Shown here one piece after another: positions 51,002-64,000 of a stretch of 64,000 nucleotides of DNA. Below the pieces are notes generated by a model. It made no database searches and had not been told where the DNA came from. It saw only the letters and a program-made list of their open reading frames with translations. Positions within the stretch are counted from its first letter, which is position 1, and each line of letters starts with the position of its first letter. This stretch comes from Dendrobates tinctorius (lineage: Eukaryota). The stretch covers positions 31,682,001-31,746,000 of the forward strand of contig NW_027361684.1 of the NCBI RefSeq assembly GCF_039654945.1, given 5' to 3'. Made by a program: the position numbers and the translations under genes.

Positions 51002-52524
51002 GGACTCCTGAAAAAATGTGGGCCGATTATAATGTCACGTGGGGCTTAGTCCCACTAAGGCTGTAATACCCGGGGGCCCTGTGATGTCCCTATAACTAAG
51101 GGAAACCCTGTCTGACCCTCAACCCAGGGTTTTTGCTGATGGTGCAAATGCCTGAGCCTCCAACCTTTCCTTGTCTCCTGCTCAGCCCTGCACTTAACCC
51201 TCCACCCAGTGAGGAGACACACCACCAAAGCCCCCACACAAATAAAGACAGACAGGGAGAACTTAAACTGCACTGCGCCGCACCCACACAGGAATATACA
51301 GTAATGTGAACAGGGCACAACTAAACACAAATATGGGAAGGAGAAAGGATAACAACGGATCATACGACACCAGATACGAATCTCTCTCTGCAACACCTCC
51401 ACTCCAGACCGGAACCACTTGGTATGAAACACAAGCTATAATCGGCGACGCCCATAGGCCAGCATGACTATTTAAAGACCGTGGGCGTGACTAACCATCC
51501 AACCTGGTCTCCAGCAGGATTAACCCCCGAGAGCCTGAAGATCAGACCGGCGCCACTGAGGCTATAGTGGCTGGAGGTGGAACTACCTCTGCCTGCCGGA
51601 CGCTGTGGTGTGAACAGCGTCCGACATGACAATTGTATTCAAACTATCAGATTCTTAATAATGTGAATATGGGTCGTCCTCCCAGGGTTGTGGGGTACTC
51701 GGAGCCGGGCTTCGGTGGATTTCAATGGGAGTTGTCACGGTAGCTGTGACCCGGTCCGTGGCCCTTGGTGTCCATTGTAAAAGGGGGAATGTTGAGTGTG
51801 CAGATGATGATTAAAGTTTATTAGTGAATGATTCGTGATGCCACCTGTGGTGTTCGGCAATGAAGATGTTAAGCCGATGCTGCAGACAGATCCTCTGGGA
51901 CAGATGGTGGCGTGCAGCAATGATGGTGTAGCCCTCCACAGGCAGGGCTGTAGTCCCAGGGCAGTGTAGCTAGAGAGATCGTAGGCAGAGGAGAGCGGTG
52001 TGGTGTTAAGCACAGAGATGTAGTAGTGCTGAATGGGTTGGCGCAGGAATAAGCGGAGGACACCAGGGCATGTAGTTCCAAAGCTTTACTCACAGTCTGT
52101 TGTGCATACAGGTACCCGCCTCGATGCCGTGTCCTCCAGGTCAGGGGCTCAGCCAACCTCCAGGCAAGATGAAGTACTCCATACCAACACTCCGCCAACA
52201 TAAGTGCCTTTTCTGAACGTCTCCCTTTTGTGCCTATAGTGAAGTACTCTCAGTACTGAGTTACACTGGAGTTCCTCCTGTCAGATGATCCTAAGAACTC
52301 TACTTGTACGGCAGACAGCTGTAGCCTGCTTCAGGGACTCCTTGCTACTAAGTCCCGGCTCACTCTCGTTGCTGTTGTGCCCCCAAGTCTTGTGTGGGAA
52401 TAAAGTGTTGACAACTTCTATTCCTCCGATGTCTGCTGCAGGACCATTAGTATCCATACAACCTTGGGGACCGGACCCTGGCCATGCGCTGTGAACTTGG
52501 GAAGGGTTCTGCTCTAACCCTAAT

Positions 52525-54903
52525 TGTCACGCTCGAGCCTTGGCTGAGTGGCGCGAGCCGGGGGTTGTGGCCCCACTGTGCCACAGACCAGACTACCCTG
52601 GAAGGGGCGTGACTACGACAGCTACCTTGGTCTTCACTGGAGCCTCTGATGGTGAGGTCAGGCTTGTGCGGCAGATAGCTGTCGGGTGCCACTCCAGGGT
52701 GGTGTCTGGCTGTGGCAGCTGATCCCACTTGGAGACAAGTCAATTGGACAGATGTGACTGACAGGCAGACTGAGACACCGGGCAAGAAGGTACGACAGAT
52801 ACAGGGCAAGCAGGCGTGGCTTGGAGACACAGGACAGGCGGGCACGGCTGGAGACACAGGACAGGCGGGCACGGCTGGAGACACAGGACAGGCGGGCACG
52901 GCTGGAGACACAGGACAGGCGGGCACGGCTGGAGACACAGGACAGGCGGGCACGGCTGGAGACACAGGACAGGCGGGCACGGCTGGAGACACAGGACAGG
53001 CGGGCACGGCTTGAGACACAGGACAGGCGGGCACGGCTTGAGACACAGGACAGGCGGGCACGGCTTGAGACACAGGACAGGCGGGCACGGCTTGAGACAC
53101 AGGACAGGCGGGCACGGCTTGAGACACAGGACAGGCGGGCACGGCTTGAGACACAGGACAGGCGGGCACGGCTTGAGACACAGGACAGGCGGGCACGGCT
53201 TGAGACACAGGACAGGCGGGCACGGCTTGAGACACAGGACAGGCGGGCACGGCTTGAGACACAGGACAGGCGGGCACGGCTTGAGACACAGGACAGGCGG
53301 GCACGGCTTGAGACACAGGACAGGCGGGCACGGCTTGAGACACAGGACAGGCGGGCACGGCTTGAGACACAGGACAGGCGGGCACGGCTTGAGACACAGG
53401 ACAGGCGGGCACGGCTTGAGACACAGGACAGGCGGGCACGGCTTGAGACACAGGACAGGCGGGCACGGCTTGAGACACAGGACAGGCGGGCACGGCTTGA
53501 GACACAGGACAGGCGGGCACGGCTTGAGACACAGGACAGGCGGGCACGGCTTGAGACACAGGACAGGCGGGCACGGCTTGAGACACAGGACAGGCGGGCA
53601 CGGCTTGAGACACAGGACAGGCGGGCACGGCTTGAGACACAGGACAGGCGGGCACAGCTTGAGACACAGGACAGGCGGGCACAGCTTGAGACACAGGACA
53701 GGCGGGCACAGCTTGAGACACAGGACAGGCGGGCACAGCTTGAGAAGGAACAAGTAGGGACCTGTTCACACAGCAGGTGCAGGTATGGATGCAGGCAGGC
53801 AAGAGTGGAATATGAAGGAACAGTTTTGGACCTGTTCACACAGGAGGTGCAGGTACGGATGCAGGCAGGCAAGAGTGAAATAAGAAGGAACAGGTTTGGA
53901 CCTGTTCACACAGGAGGTGCAGGTATGGATGCAGGCAGGCTAGAGTGGAATATGAAGGAACAGGTTTGTTTCTGTTCACACAGGAGGTGCAGGTATGGAT
54001 GCAGGCAGGCAAGAGTGAAATAAGTAGGAACAGGTTTGGACCTGTTCACACAGGAGGTGCAGGTGAAGGCAGGAGTGGAGAGAGAAGCTGCAGATAGAGG
54101 TTCTGCAGCGGCAGCAGGAGTGGAGCAAAGCTGAACCACAAGGTCTGTGGAGAGATGCTGCATCAAGAGGTTCCGCAGCGGCAGCAGGAATGGAGCAAAG
54201 CAGAACCACAAGGTCTGTGGAAAGAAGCTGCAGCAAGAGGTTCTGCAGCGGCCGCAGGACTGGAGCAAAGCAGAACCACAAGGTCTGTGGAGAGAAGCTG
54301 CAGCAAGAGGTTCTGCAGTGGCAGCAAGAGCAGTGCAAACAGAGCGGCTAGAGTGCAGATGCACAGACAGGGAGGACACAAGGAAAGACACAGCAAGGAA
54401 GGGAGCCACAAACAAGGAGAAAGGGAGACTGATAGACAAAGGTAAGACTGAGTTCAGACAGAGAGACAGGGACAAAGACACCAGGATAATCCGCCTCCTG
54501 GCAGGCAGACAAGGTACAAAGCAAGACTAGGGGTAAACCTCCAGAGAAGGAGATACACAGAACAGGGCCTGGCTTCCTCAGCAGCGCGATACTAACTGAG
54601 ATTAGACATTGCACAGGCAATTTTTCCGTGGGAGTGGTGAAACTAAATAGTCAAGGGCTCCAGGTGATTGGTCAGGGACAGATTACCCAGGTGCACCCTG
54701 ACTGCATAAGAACCAGGGAGTTCAGGCACCGCCCCCCTATACACACAGTCAGGAAACATGGAGAGCAAGCAGGAAAACACGAGGCATAGCACATGGAGCA
54801 CAGGGCTGGCAACAGACAGTATTCACAGCATGGCTTGAAGCAGAAAGTAAGTTGGTGTGCGGGGGATGGGAGGCCATGTAGTGATGCCAGCAGGGTTGTT
54901 ACA
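52525..54903. mobile_element. 2.4-kb solo LTR inflated by tandem repeats
   Basis: TGTCAC...GTTACA; perfect 5-bp TSD CTAAT. Confidence 0.88.
52821..53745. repeat. 27-bp minisatellite, ~34 copies
   Basis: Unit gagacacaggacaggcgggcacggct(t/g); followed by 70-bp (53746-54065) and 66-bp (~54100-54320) repeats. Confidence 0.97.
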
Positions 54904-55349
54904 CTAATCCTTAGTCCTCCTCTTCTTACGTTCCGTACTAATTCTTCTTTCTTATGGAGAGAGTCAGGCTTTCCATCAATGTCTCTTTCCTGTGCAAGCG
55001 GACCCAGGTTACTGAGGTCGGCTGTAGCACTTCCTTCATCCATCCCACTCAGGAGATCTTCACTCTTCCACTCACTTTGTCAGACTAACCAAATACTAAA
55101 CTCTTCCCGCTCTTTTGGTGCCAACTAACTCCACCCGCCTCCCAGCACGCTTCGTGTTCCAAGCAGGGAGCCACCAAAGTGTGCTTTGCTACACTACTAT
55201 GTTGTGTGGGATGCAGGTGTTGGAGTGTGGTCAGGAGTCTCCACCTTACCCGAATGGTGTGGTACCACACCTCAGGAGGAGATGCAGTACCTCTGTTGCG
55301 ACTGAACCCTCAGGGGCGCCACAAATACATCAGCCTGCTTCAGTTTTTA

Positions 55350-55685
55350 GGGCCCAATTCATCAAGCTTGGTTGAGGTGAGCGAGCTGAATTCAAATGCT
55401 CCTAATTCATGAAGAGGCATACATGTCTTCATGAATCAGGCGCGTCGGGTGAGCAGTGTACACCTCTGTGTGCGCCTCGTCACAAAATCTATGTCAGCCC
55501 TTGCTGGAGTAAAAATTGTGAACTTGAAGGGTAACAGTGACTATGCCCTCTGTCCCACCTCAGCTGCATCCATTTTATTGCAGCTGGAAGAAACTGGTGT
55601 TGGATGTAAAAAGTTTTCGAAATTTTGGCGCATCTACAAATTGCGCATAAATTTGTGACTTTTCAAAGCTTTCATGCATCGGGCC
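55350..55685. mobile_element. Decayed MITE
   Basis: ggcccaattcatcaagc / gctttcatgcatcgggcc imperfect TIRs. Confidence 0.5.
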
Positions 55686-56604
55686 TTGTGTCTTTAGCAC
55701 TACAGTTGTAAAATGTGAAGAAGATAACACAGGGATGGCAGAATAGGGACTTCACCACTGTTATTTCAATGACAATGCAGGCATTTACTGTAACACAAAT
55801 GTCATACTGTATGTGGTGACAGGTCGGCTGTAACACATACATTGCTGGAGGATGAAATATGTAAGGCTACAAGACCTTCCACTTTCTTTCTGTGCAGATC
55901 AGTGGATGACAGGTTACATGTAATTACTATGTCTTCTTTTACAAAGCCCAGGGGGTGATGCCACCCAGACATGGCATTTATACAGCCCTATATTTGCAGC
56001 AAGAAACTTTTTTGTTACCTGTGTCTTATTAAAATCAATGGTACCCCTATGAGAACCCATTTGTTCCTTGCTTTTACCCTGCTGAAACCTGAATTAATCC
56101 ACCCCCTATCTAATCCCCACGTCTCTACTTTTACAACTGCTGGCAGTCATTGATTCTTTTATAACAATACAAATAGATTGCATTTATCATCCAGTTTGGG
56201 CTGTGACATGTTATAAAAGAGAAATTAAGTTTACTTACTCCGGGAGAGAAAAATTATATTTTTTCCTAGAAACATATTGAGGTAAATATTATGTGTCACA
56301 TTAGTTTTATATGTGGGAAGACAGTTTTTTAAGAAAAACAAGCTAATTAAATTGTGAGTACAATAGATATGTGAAGTGAAGCATTGTAAATTCTATAGAT
56401 GATTATTGGGTAGAATTAATTATACAGTAAATCTAGTCTTGGGCTTTATGTAGACACATTAGGGAGCAACAAATGAACATTTCTAAGGAAATGTCAGATC
56501 AAGGTGCAAACTGCATCGGAGCTGTAAGCATCACGTATACACTGAGACACCAAAATGTCCAAAGAGTTCAATTAGATAAAATTAAACTTTACCTTTTTTA
56601 AAAA

Positions 56605-57232
56605 TATGCTATTTTTTGATAAAAAAAAAAGTATTACTAAAAACTCTGTGTTATTTAAATTCACTTTTTTGCTTTTTATTTACAGCAGGGTTTTTTCTCA
56701 CTTTTTCTCTTGTAGGTTTTATGTTTTGTGGCCAATGTGAACATGCGTTTTAGTTATGCATGCGTACCAACTCAAGTCAAGTTCAATTTTCATGTTTTTT
56801 CTTTGCATTATTGCATTCTGTGCAAGCCGGGGTGTGGCCTCACTCTCCTGAGCTGGAAATTGTATATAAGGCTTCCCCAGACTGATGTTCCACTGGTTGG
56901 GCCCAGTCCTTTTGTCTGTCCTTATTCACACTGAGGTCAAAATTGACACATGGTAAGGTTTTAATATTAGACAGTGTAGGACTGTCCCGATCAGAATTAC
57001 CTTGTTGTGGTGGGATGGTTTTTATGCTATTTTTTGATTAAAAAAAAGTATTGCTACAAAGTTTGTGTTATTCAAATGCACTTTTTTGCTTTTTATTTAC
57101 TTAGTTACAGCAGAGTTTTTGCTCACTTTTTCTCTTGTAGGTTTTATATGTTCTGTGGCCAATGTGAACATGCATTTAAGTTCTGCATGTGTGCCAACTC
57201 AAGTCAAGCTCAATTTTTGTGTTTTTACCTTT
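56605..57232. repeat. Diverged ~200-bp direct repeat (56605-56800 vs 57025-57232)
   Basis: Shared atgctattttttgat...gtggccaatgtgaacatgc...caactcaagtcaag. Confidence 0.75.
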
Positions 57233-57609
57233 TTTAAAACGTATGGATTGACTGGGAGTTTTCAAGGTGTTGTATAAAATTAGAACAGATGGTCATGTTT
57301 TTGTCCACCAAAAGCATAATTTCTACAGTATCTATGGGTTGGCCCTGTAGTGGCAGCTCAACTACCTTTAGATTAAGTTCCTACAGTTAGTTTTTAGATG
57401 TGAAGGTGAGGGTTTATTAAGACAGAAGTATTTAGGAAGCCCACCTCCACAAACTCTCTATTACACTTTGAAAGTGCACATCCCCTACACATAAAAACGA
57501 TACCCTATAGTCAGTTTTTGAGGCTACAGAGGATTAATAATGACTTGGATCGTTTAAGAGCACAGTCTATGGATTTTTATTGAAGGTTTTCAGAGAGGGG
57601 TCACCCTAG

Positions 57610-58049
57610 GGGCAGTTTCACACGTCCAGATAATTCAGGTACCGGAAAAAACGGTACCGGAGCTATCCATGTCCGTGTGAATACGGAGGCCATCCGTGTG
57701 ACATCCGTGTACCATCCATGTGCCTTCCGTGTGCTGCCCGTGTGTTTGAAAAATTAGTTTCAATGTTAACCCTTTGACTTTTAAAAACGCACATGGATCA
57801 CACACGGACAGCATCCATGTGCGGTACATGTTTACACGGACCCATTGACTTGTATGGGTCCGTGTGATCCGTGCTGTTGCACAAAAACGGACATGTCAGC
57901 GTGTTTTGCACACTGACACACGGTCCGTGAAAACACGCTGACATCTGCATAGACACATTCATTAGAATGTGTCTACATGTGTCAGTGTCTCCGGTACATG
58001 AGAAAACTGTCACTACACGTACCGGAGACACTGACGTGTGAAACTGCCC
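57610..58049. mobile_element. Harbinger-type MITE
   Basis: 17-bp TIR GGGCAGTTTCACACGTC; TAG/TAA flanks. Confidence 0.85.
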
Positions 58050-58052
58050 TAA

Positions 58053-58417
58053 GGGTGTATGCACACGCTGCTGATCCTGCTGCGGATCCGCAGCGGATTT
58101 GGCCCTGCGGATCCACAGCAGTTTCTGCTGCGGTGTATAGTACCATTATAATCAATGGAAAATTAAATCCGCAGTGCACACGGTGCAGAATTTTTCGCGC
58201 GGATTTGCTGCGGTTTCAAATCCGCAGTATGTCAATTCTTTGTGCGGATTCCGCCGCGGTTTGGCACCTGCTCCATGGCAGGTGTCAATCTGCAGGGGAA
58301 ACCCGCAGGCTAAACCGCAGAAAATCTGCATATAAACCGCAGGTCTTTTGACCTGCGGATTTAGACAAATCCGCGTGGAAAACTCCGCAGCAGAATCCGC
58401 AGCGTGTGCACACACCC
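58053..58417. mobile_element. Harbinger-type MITE
   Basis: TIR GGGTGT(A/G)TGCACACGCTGC; TAA TSD. Confidence 0.85.
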
Positions 58418-60568
58418 TAAGAGGCTTCTAGATACGGCTCTAGAAAGAGCAACGGCTTTGGGTTTGTCCTCTGTAGGGCAAAGGTCTATTGTGGCAAGAA
58501 AAGATACTCAGATAGAAAATAAAAGGAGGAAAGAGAATTATTTTCAATTTTGAGTTTGACCCTATGGACAAACAAATCAGAGCGGCAATTAATAGGAATT
58601 GGAACAGAAAGAAGAAGGTATCTCTGAAGTAACAGCAAGGGGTCCATTAGTCACCAACAGGAGGACAAAATATTTAAAAGACATATTGGTGCATAACCGG
58701 ATTGTAGCAGAGTCTAGTAATTGGTTGAAAAAGAATATGCCAACAGGTAACTTTAGGTGCTGTCACTGCACTTTTAGTTCATTTTTTCTGACCAGCAAGA
58801 CTTTGAAAATAGGAGGAGTAACACATAAAGTACGGGACTTTATTTTGTGCTACACGCGGTTTGTTGTTTATGTTTTGTTCTGCCCTTGCTGGTTTCATTA
58901 TATTGGAAAAACAATTCACCCTTTAACATCGGGTAAAAGGGTCACCAGACTAAGTAATCATATAAGAGAAAAACATGCAGGTAATCCTGAGATATTGCAT
59001 TTTGCGGGGGTTGAAAAAGTCATCCCTGCACAAGATGGAGATCTGCATAATATGTTGCTCAGAAAAGAAGATAGGTGGATAATGCACATACGAGCGCAAG
59101 GTGCAACAGGATTTAGCGATAAAATTGATATGTCTGTTTTTTATGAAATGTTTGCTATTGTTGTTATTTTAATTGTGTGTTATAATTGTGTTTTATGACT
59201 TGGTTTTGTGAGTTGTTCACTCCGATTTGTAAAGGTGGATAAGGTCTCTAAATTACTTGGCTGAAGTCAGGTAAGGGATGGTCTCGAGCCTCTTTATGGG
59301 ACTCGTTACCTCCTCGCCACCTAAGACCCATAGAAGCACATATCAGCGCGTAACGGCTGTCGTCCGTTGCGTCTCCTCACCACGTTTCCTTGCTGTTTTG
59401 ATATGATATCCAAATAAAGGACATTTAATGGGACGGTGAGTGCCTGTGCCACTTCTTCTCTGTGTTTGGACTACAATTAGTTTTTGACCCTGTGTATTTT
59501 CGTGATGCAAAAAAGGCAGTGTCATTCTTCTGGTGCATATAGTCTTTGTGTAGGTGCACACAATGTTTTTTTCAGGTGGATACTGCTACAAAAACACCTT
59601 AAAAAGATCTAAAAAAAAAATTCTAAAGAGTGAACATATACATTTCAAACATTCACCATAAAAATGGCGTGTGAATGAGACATACATTTATGAAAAAATT
59701 GCCCAAAATACAGCAAACTTGAAATATATTTTTAGGGATCTTTTTGACTATTTAGCTGTGCATGCTTTATACAAAACTGAAAAGTTAAGGGTTGATAATG
59801 CTGTGTCAGCACCAAAATACAAACAAAATTGTGTCATTACTAGGGCTCATTCACATCTTTTTTTCTCTTTCAAGAACAAAGTTTTCATTCTGTGAGCTTG
59901 ATTTGATTTGATTCCAATTTTAGGCCTTGTATTCGTTTTTACTATCAGCGTGGCATTAATTTTTTTGGAATCTGAAAAAAAAAATTTACGAAGCTTCGCC
60001 TACCTCTTAAGCAGTAAAGAAAAATGGACGAAGCAGAGTTGTTGCTGTTTTCTCTCACATACCCATGAGCGATAAACTATTTTGGCACATACAAATTGGA
60101 TCAAAAATGGATATCACTTTTTGATTGCTATTTTTTTTGTGTGGGGTATTGATCAGATGAAAAAGCATGAGAATCGCCCCATAGACTATAAGGCCACGTT
60201 CACATTTTCAGCATTTGGTCAGTATTTTACATCAGTATTTGTAGGCCAAAACCAGGAGTGGGTGAAAACTACAGAAGTGGTGATGTGTTTCTGTTCCTCT
60301 GATTGTTCCACTCCCGATTTTTGTTTACATTTTACTGAGATAAAAAACTGATCAAATACTGACCGTGTGCTCATGGCCTAATGGGTGTATTGAGATCATG
60401 AGATCTTTGAATGCGATCATTCAGAAAAGTGGTACAAATGCACTGTCTTTCTGCCTCTAAAAACTTATAGGGAACCTGTCAGGCTATTCATGCCAGGCTA
60501 GTCTGCCGCACACCCCAAGCCAACTCTTCCCCAGCGCTGCTGCACTGATTGACAGGTCTCTATACATA

Positions 60569-61232
60569 CAGTTGTCTGAAAAAGTGCTTGCCCCCTTCCT
60601 GATATCCTGATTGCCCTCCCCTTAAGGCTGTGTGCACACGCTGCGGATTCTGGTGCGGATCCGTAGCGGTTTTGGCAGCTGCGTATCCACTGCAGTTTCT
60701 GCTGCGGTGTACAGTACCATTATTCCCTATGGGAAATGGAAACTGCAGTGCAAATGCTGCGTAATTTTCCATGCTGATTTTTTTTGCGGTTTCTAAACCG
60801 CAGAAAGAATTGACATGTCAATTCTTTCTGCGGATTCCGCAGCGGTTTACCATCTCCTCCATTGTGGAGATGGTAAAACCGCAGGGCAAAACCGCAGGAT
60901 AATCCTTAGATAAACCGCAGGTCTTTTGACCTGTGGATTGTGAAAATCCACGCCGATCAATCCGCAGCCTTAAACAAATTAACACAAATACTTGATTGCA
61001 GTTGTTGCTGCTAAGTGTGGCCCAACCAGTTATTAGGTTTAGGATGCAATCACTTTTCACACAGGACCCTGTAGGTTTGGATTTCTTTTTCTCTTAATAT
61101 AAAGACCTTCTTTTATAAACTGTATTTTGTGGTTACCCGTGTTATCTTTGTCTAATATTTGGTGATCTGAGACATTTAAGTGTGACAAACATGAAATCAG
61201 GAAGATGGCCAAATACTTTTTCCACACAATTG
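60569..61232. mobile_element. Deleted Tc1-like element containing a MITE (60626-60969)
   Basis: TA-CAGTTGTCTGAAAAAGTGCTTGCCCCCTTCCTGAT ... ATCAGGAAGATGGCCAAATACTTTTTCCACACAATTG-TA. Confidence 0.7.
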
Positions 61233-62964
61233 TATATGCAAGGCAAGGGAGAGACCTAGCAATCATCTGCAGTGGTGCTGGGAAGAATTTTTTCTCCAGC
61301 TATGGTCCTCAGCTGGATCTTCAAAGTATATTTAAAAAAAATAATATTCCTAGCTGACGTTGGGCAGCGATTTGGGCAGCATAAATTGCCTGACAGGATC
61401 CCTCTAATCATTGACAGGTAGCGACTATGTTAAAAAATGGATAAATAGAAATACAAGGTAAATCAGACAGTTGCATAATGTATGTTTTTTATACAATGAA
61501 ATACTGTAGGTTTTCTGCAATATTAAAGAGAGCTAAATCTTGAGGGCTTCAAAAAACTGATCAGATGCTTTACTTGAGGTTGGATCTTATCAATCCTTTT
61601 AATATAGCTTACTCTAGCGATATATTATAACATTGCTAGATGAAAACAGCAGCGGACATGTAATTGGGTCAACCAGTAAAGTTGCACAGGGGGGCCAAAG
61701 TAAAGGCGTCCGCTACCACCTCCAAAGCAGCAAGGAGCTTCTGTCATACAAGAATTATTGGACAGCAAGAGGCCCATATACTGTTCTTGCACAGGGGCAC
61801 TTTTCTGTCTGTGTGCGTCCCTGTATGAAAATACTATCTTAAAATTTACTTTTCAAATGAGTAGACCACCCCTAACCATGTAACTACATGATACACAGCT
61901 TGTAACCAAGGTTCACAAATCCTAGGAAACTGCGGACAGCAGCCAGAATGATCAGTCATCTTAGCACATTTGTCTTTCATTTTATAAAATAAAAACGATC
62001 TGTTCCATACTTCTTATGAAACCTGCATTTAATATTTTTGTGGCATTCAGGACATAGGTTTAGCATCTGTGATGTGGAGATGTTGGCAACACAAGATATT
62101 GTCTTCTAATTGATTTGCCCACTCCATATACAAGTGATAACCATACAATGACATGTTGTAATGAGAACGGGGGCGTCTGAGCTTTTCCCAGGCGCAGTTC
62201 CACCAGCCATGGGTTGACTTTTTTTTAAACAGTATTTTTTAGGTTTTCTCTCTAGACGTTACATTCCTCCTCACTGGAGATAGTTTACATCACGGGGAGG
62301 GGGTGGGGTATTAAGTGACTTGCATGTCTGTTCAATTTCTTTTCCAGACACATTTATAGTGTATGATGCTATTAAAATGCAGTGCTAAATCTTCCAGAAA
62401 ACTGCTAGGGTAATCACATTTGGGCTTGTGCCATCTTGGCAGATACAAATAAGCCTCAGGCATTTGGTTGACTATCAAACAGACATAGACATAAAAACGA
62501 ATGCATTGAAACAGCCATTGGCGGCAATAATAATAAATCCTTCCTAGCGTTCCCAAGTCTTGTTACACAACGCTCACACTTTTAAATCTCTGTAGGAACT
62601 GCAGCGAAGGAACAGGAAAACCATTATTTTAATTGTATAATTACTCGCATGTCACACCTAATATTTAACAGTGTTTGGATGTTCTGCTCCACAAACAAAA
62701 TGTGTCATTGTTTAATAGGATTGGCTTATAGGCTATAAACTGGTCCTACTGTTCACCAGTTATCCAGTTACGATTGTTAGTAATAATGATGATGAAATCA
62801 ATGTATTATGGAAAATTATATAAATGTATAATTTAGCATCAAGAACAGTAAAATAGTTATCTATCTACTGTATGTGTTCAGCAGCAGACTATGGGCCCTA
62901 CTCATCATTGCATGTCTGTCCAGCCTCTGCTTGAAGATTTCTTTGAAGGACTAGTACTCACCAT

Positions 62965-64000
62965 TAGTGATGGGCAAACACATGGATGTTCGGCGAGAAC
63001 AGGCAAACATCTAAAAAAAAGTTTGGTTCGGGTACCAGAATGGTACCCGAACGCAAGCCTGAACCCTTTTCAGAAGAATGGGGGGACCTGAACATCCATT
63101 GTTTTCCCACACTGTCAAGTGCATGAAAGCGAGGCAAACAAGGCTTTAATTGGCAGGAAGCTCATTACTGCCGGTCAGAGAGCTGCAGTTTTCACACTGT
63201 CAGATGGCAGCATGAGCCAGCAGTGACCTTGCACATGGACTTCTCCAGGTAGTCCGTGTTACTTTTTGTGTTCGAAACCCGAACATCAGCTGCCTCTCAC
63301 ACTGTTATGTGCATGACAGCATGAGAAACAGCTCTGATCAACTGTAAGATCATTACCACCGGTCAGAGAGCTGCAGTTCATACGCTGTGAAATGACAGCA
63401 CGAGTCAGCAGCTGTGACTGGCAGTATAAGGTTAACTCCGGTCACAGGCATCGGCTGATGAAAGAGTACTACTCCAATCAGCTTATGCTGGCTGTCGCTG
63501 ATAACAACAAGAACAGGCACCGCTGATGGAAGTATTCATCAGCCGGCACCTCTGCGCTATAAATAAATATTTAAAAAATGGCTTATTTTTAATAACCAGT
63601 GCAAGCAAAACTGACAGCTGAGGGCTGCAGACTCCAGCTGTCACCTTTATATCTTTATATTGGCTGGTTATCAAGAATAGAGGGGTCCCATGCCGTTTTT
63701 AAAATTATTTAAATAAATACATTTAAAAAAGAAAGGCCTCCTCCCCTTTTTTTGACAACCAGCCAAGCTAAAGCAGATAGCTGAGGGATGGTATTCTCAG
63801 ACTGGTAAGGGGGCATGGATATTGTCCACCCAGCCTTAAAATAGTAGCCCGCAGCCACCCCAGAAAAAGCGCATCTTTTAGATGTACTAATTCTGGAACT
63901 TTGCCCGGCTCTTCCCACTTGCCCTGGTGCGGTGGCAAGTGGGGCAATGTTTGTGGGGTTGATGTCAGCTGCTTTATGACTGCTGACATCAACCCCATAA
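62965..64000. mobile_element. Non-autonomous hAT element running off the window
   Basis: TAGTGATGGGC start with GTTCGG/CCGAAC subterminal repeats. Confidence 0.55.

Larger units (their letters stand above)
46238..51631 (-). mobile_element. Full-length Ty3/Gypsy chromovirus (Tf1/sushi group), gag+pol, disabled
   Basis: LTRs 46238-46838 and 51033-51631 (about 5 substitutions and one 2-bp indel by eye); TSD gttgt/attgt; PPT at ~46839-46855. Confidence 0.95.
51670..55323. mobile_element. Older solo LTR hosting a nested solo LTR
   Basis: TGGGTCGTCC (decayed TGTGGCGCCC) ... GGGCGCCACA ends; 4-bp AATA duplication. Confidence 0.65.
57385..59480 (+). pseudogene. Third Penelope-like relic (RT thumb + GIY-YIG + 3' region)
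   Basis: FLDV, LHFESAHP..IPYSQFLR, then VVYVLFCPC..YIGKT and LLRKEDRWI in ORF 58599-59198. Confidence 0.82.

Noticed and set aside
52447-54023. 300-450 aa repetitive ORFs in five frames
   Set aside because: Produced by a 27-bp stop-poor minisatellite within a solo LTR; no domain content.

Overview
Repeat-saturated vertebrate DNA, most likely an anuran (frog) genome; this is inferred from the mix of transposon families. I found no convincing host protein-coding exon. From left to right the window holds: the 5' part of a hAT/ZBED-type DNA transposon with an uninterrupted transposase ORF running off the left edge and an 8 x 133-bp array in its AUG-free leader; MITEs and Tc1 remnants; an intact IR/DR Tc1 element (DD34E); a probable piggyBac-like relic; a decayed L2 LINE carrying a 2A-like peptide and a solo LTR; a nested stack of two Penelope-like elements (inverted pseudo-LTRs, hammerhead-like motifs, 16-bp TSD) with a near-intact Rex1/Babar LINE inside; a young gag-less, pol-only Tf1/sushi-type chromovirus in tandem form, whose Pol reads through U3 into a Ser/Pro/Arg repeat tail; a truncated hAT MITE with a combinatorial microsatellite; a second, gag-containing but disabled chromovirus; nested solo LTRs with a 27-bp minisatellite; and a third Penelope relic hit by two adjacent Harbinger MITEs. 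The best candidate for an undescribed system is the gag-less chromovirus (32558-38663). Its first AUG opens an intact 1317-aa Pol, its LTRs look identical, and its self-priming signal covaries with that of the gag-bearing neighbour. All coordinates were read by eye and may be off by a few bases.
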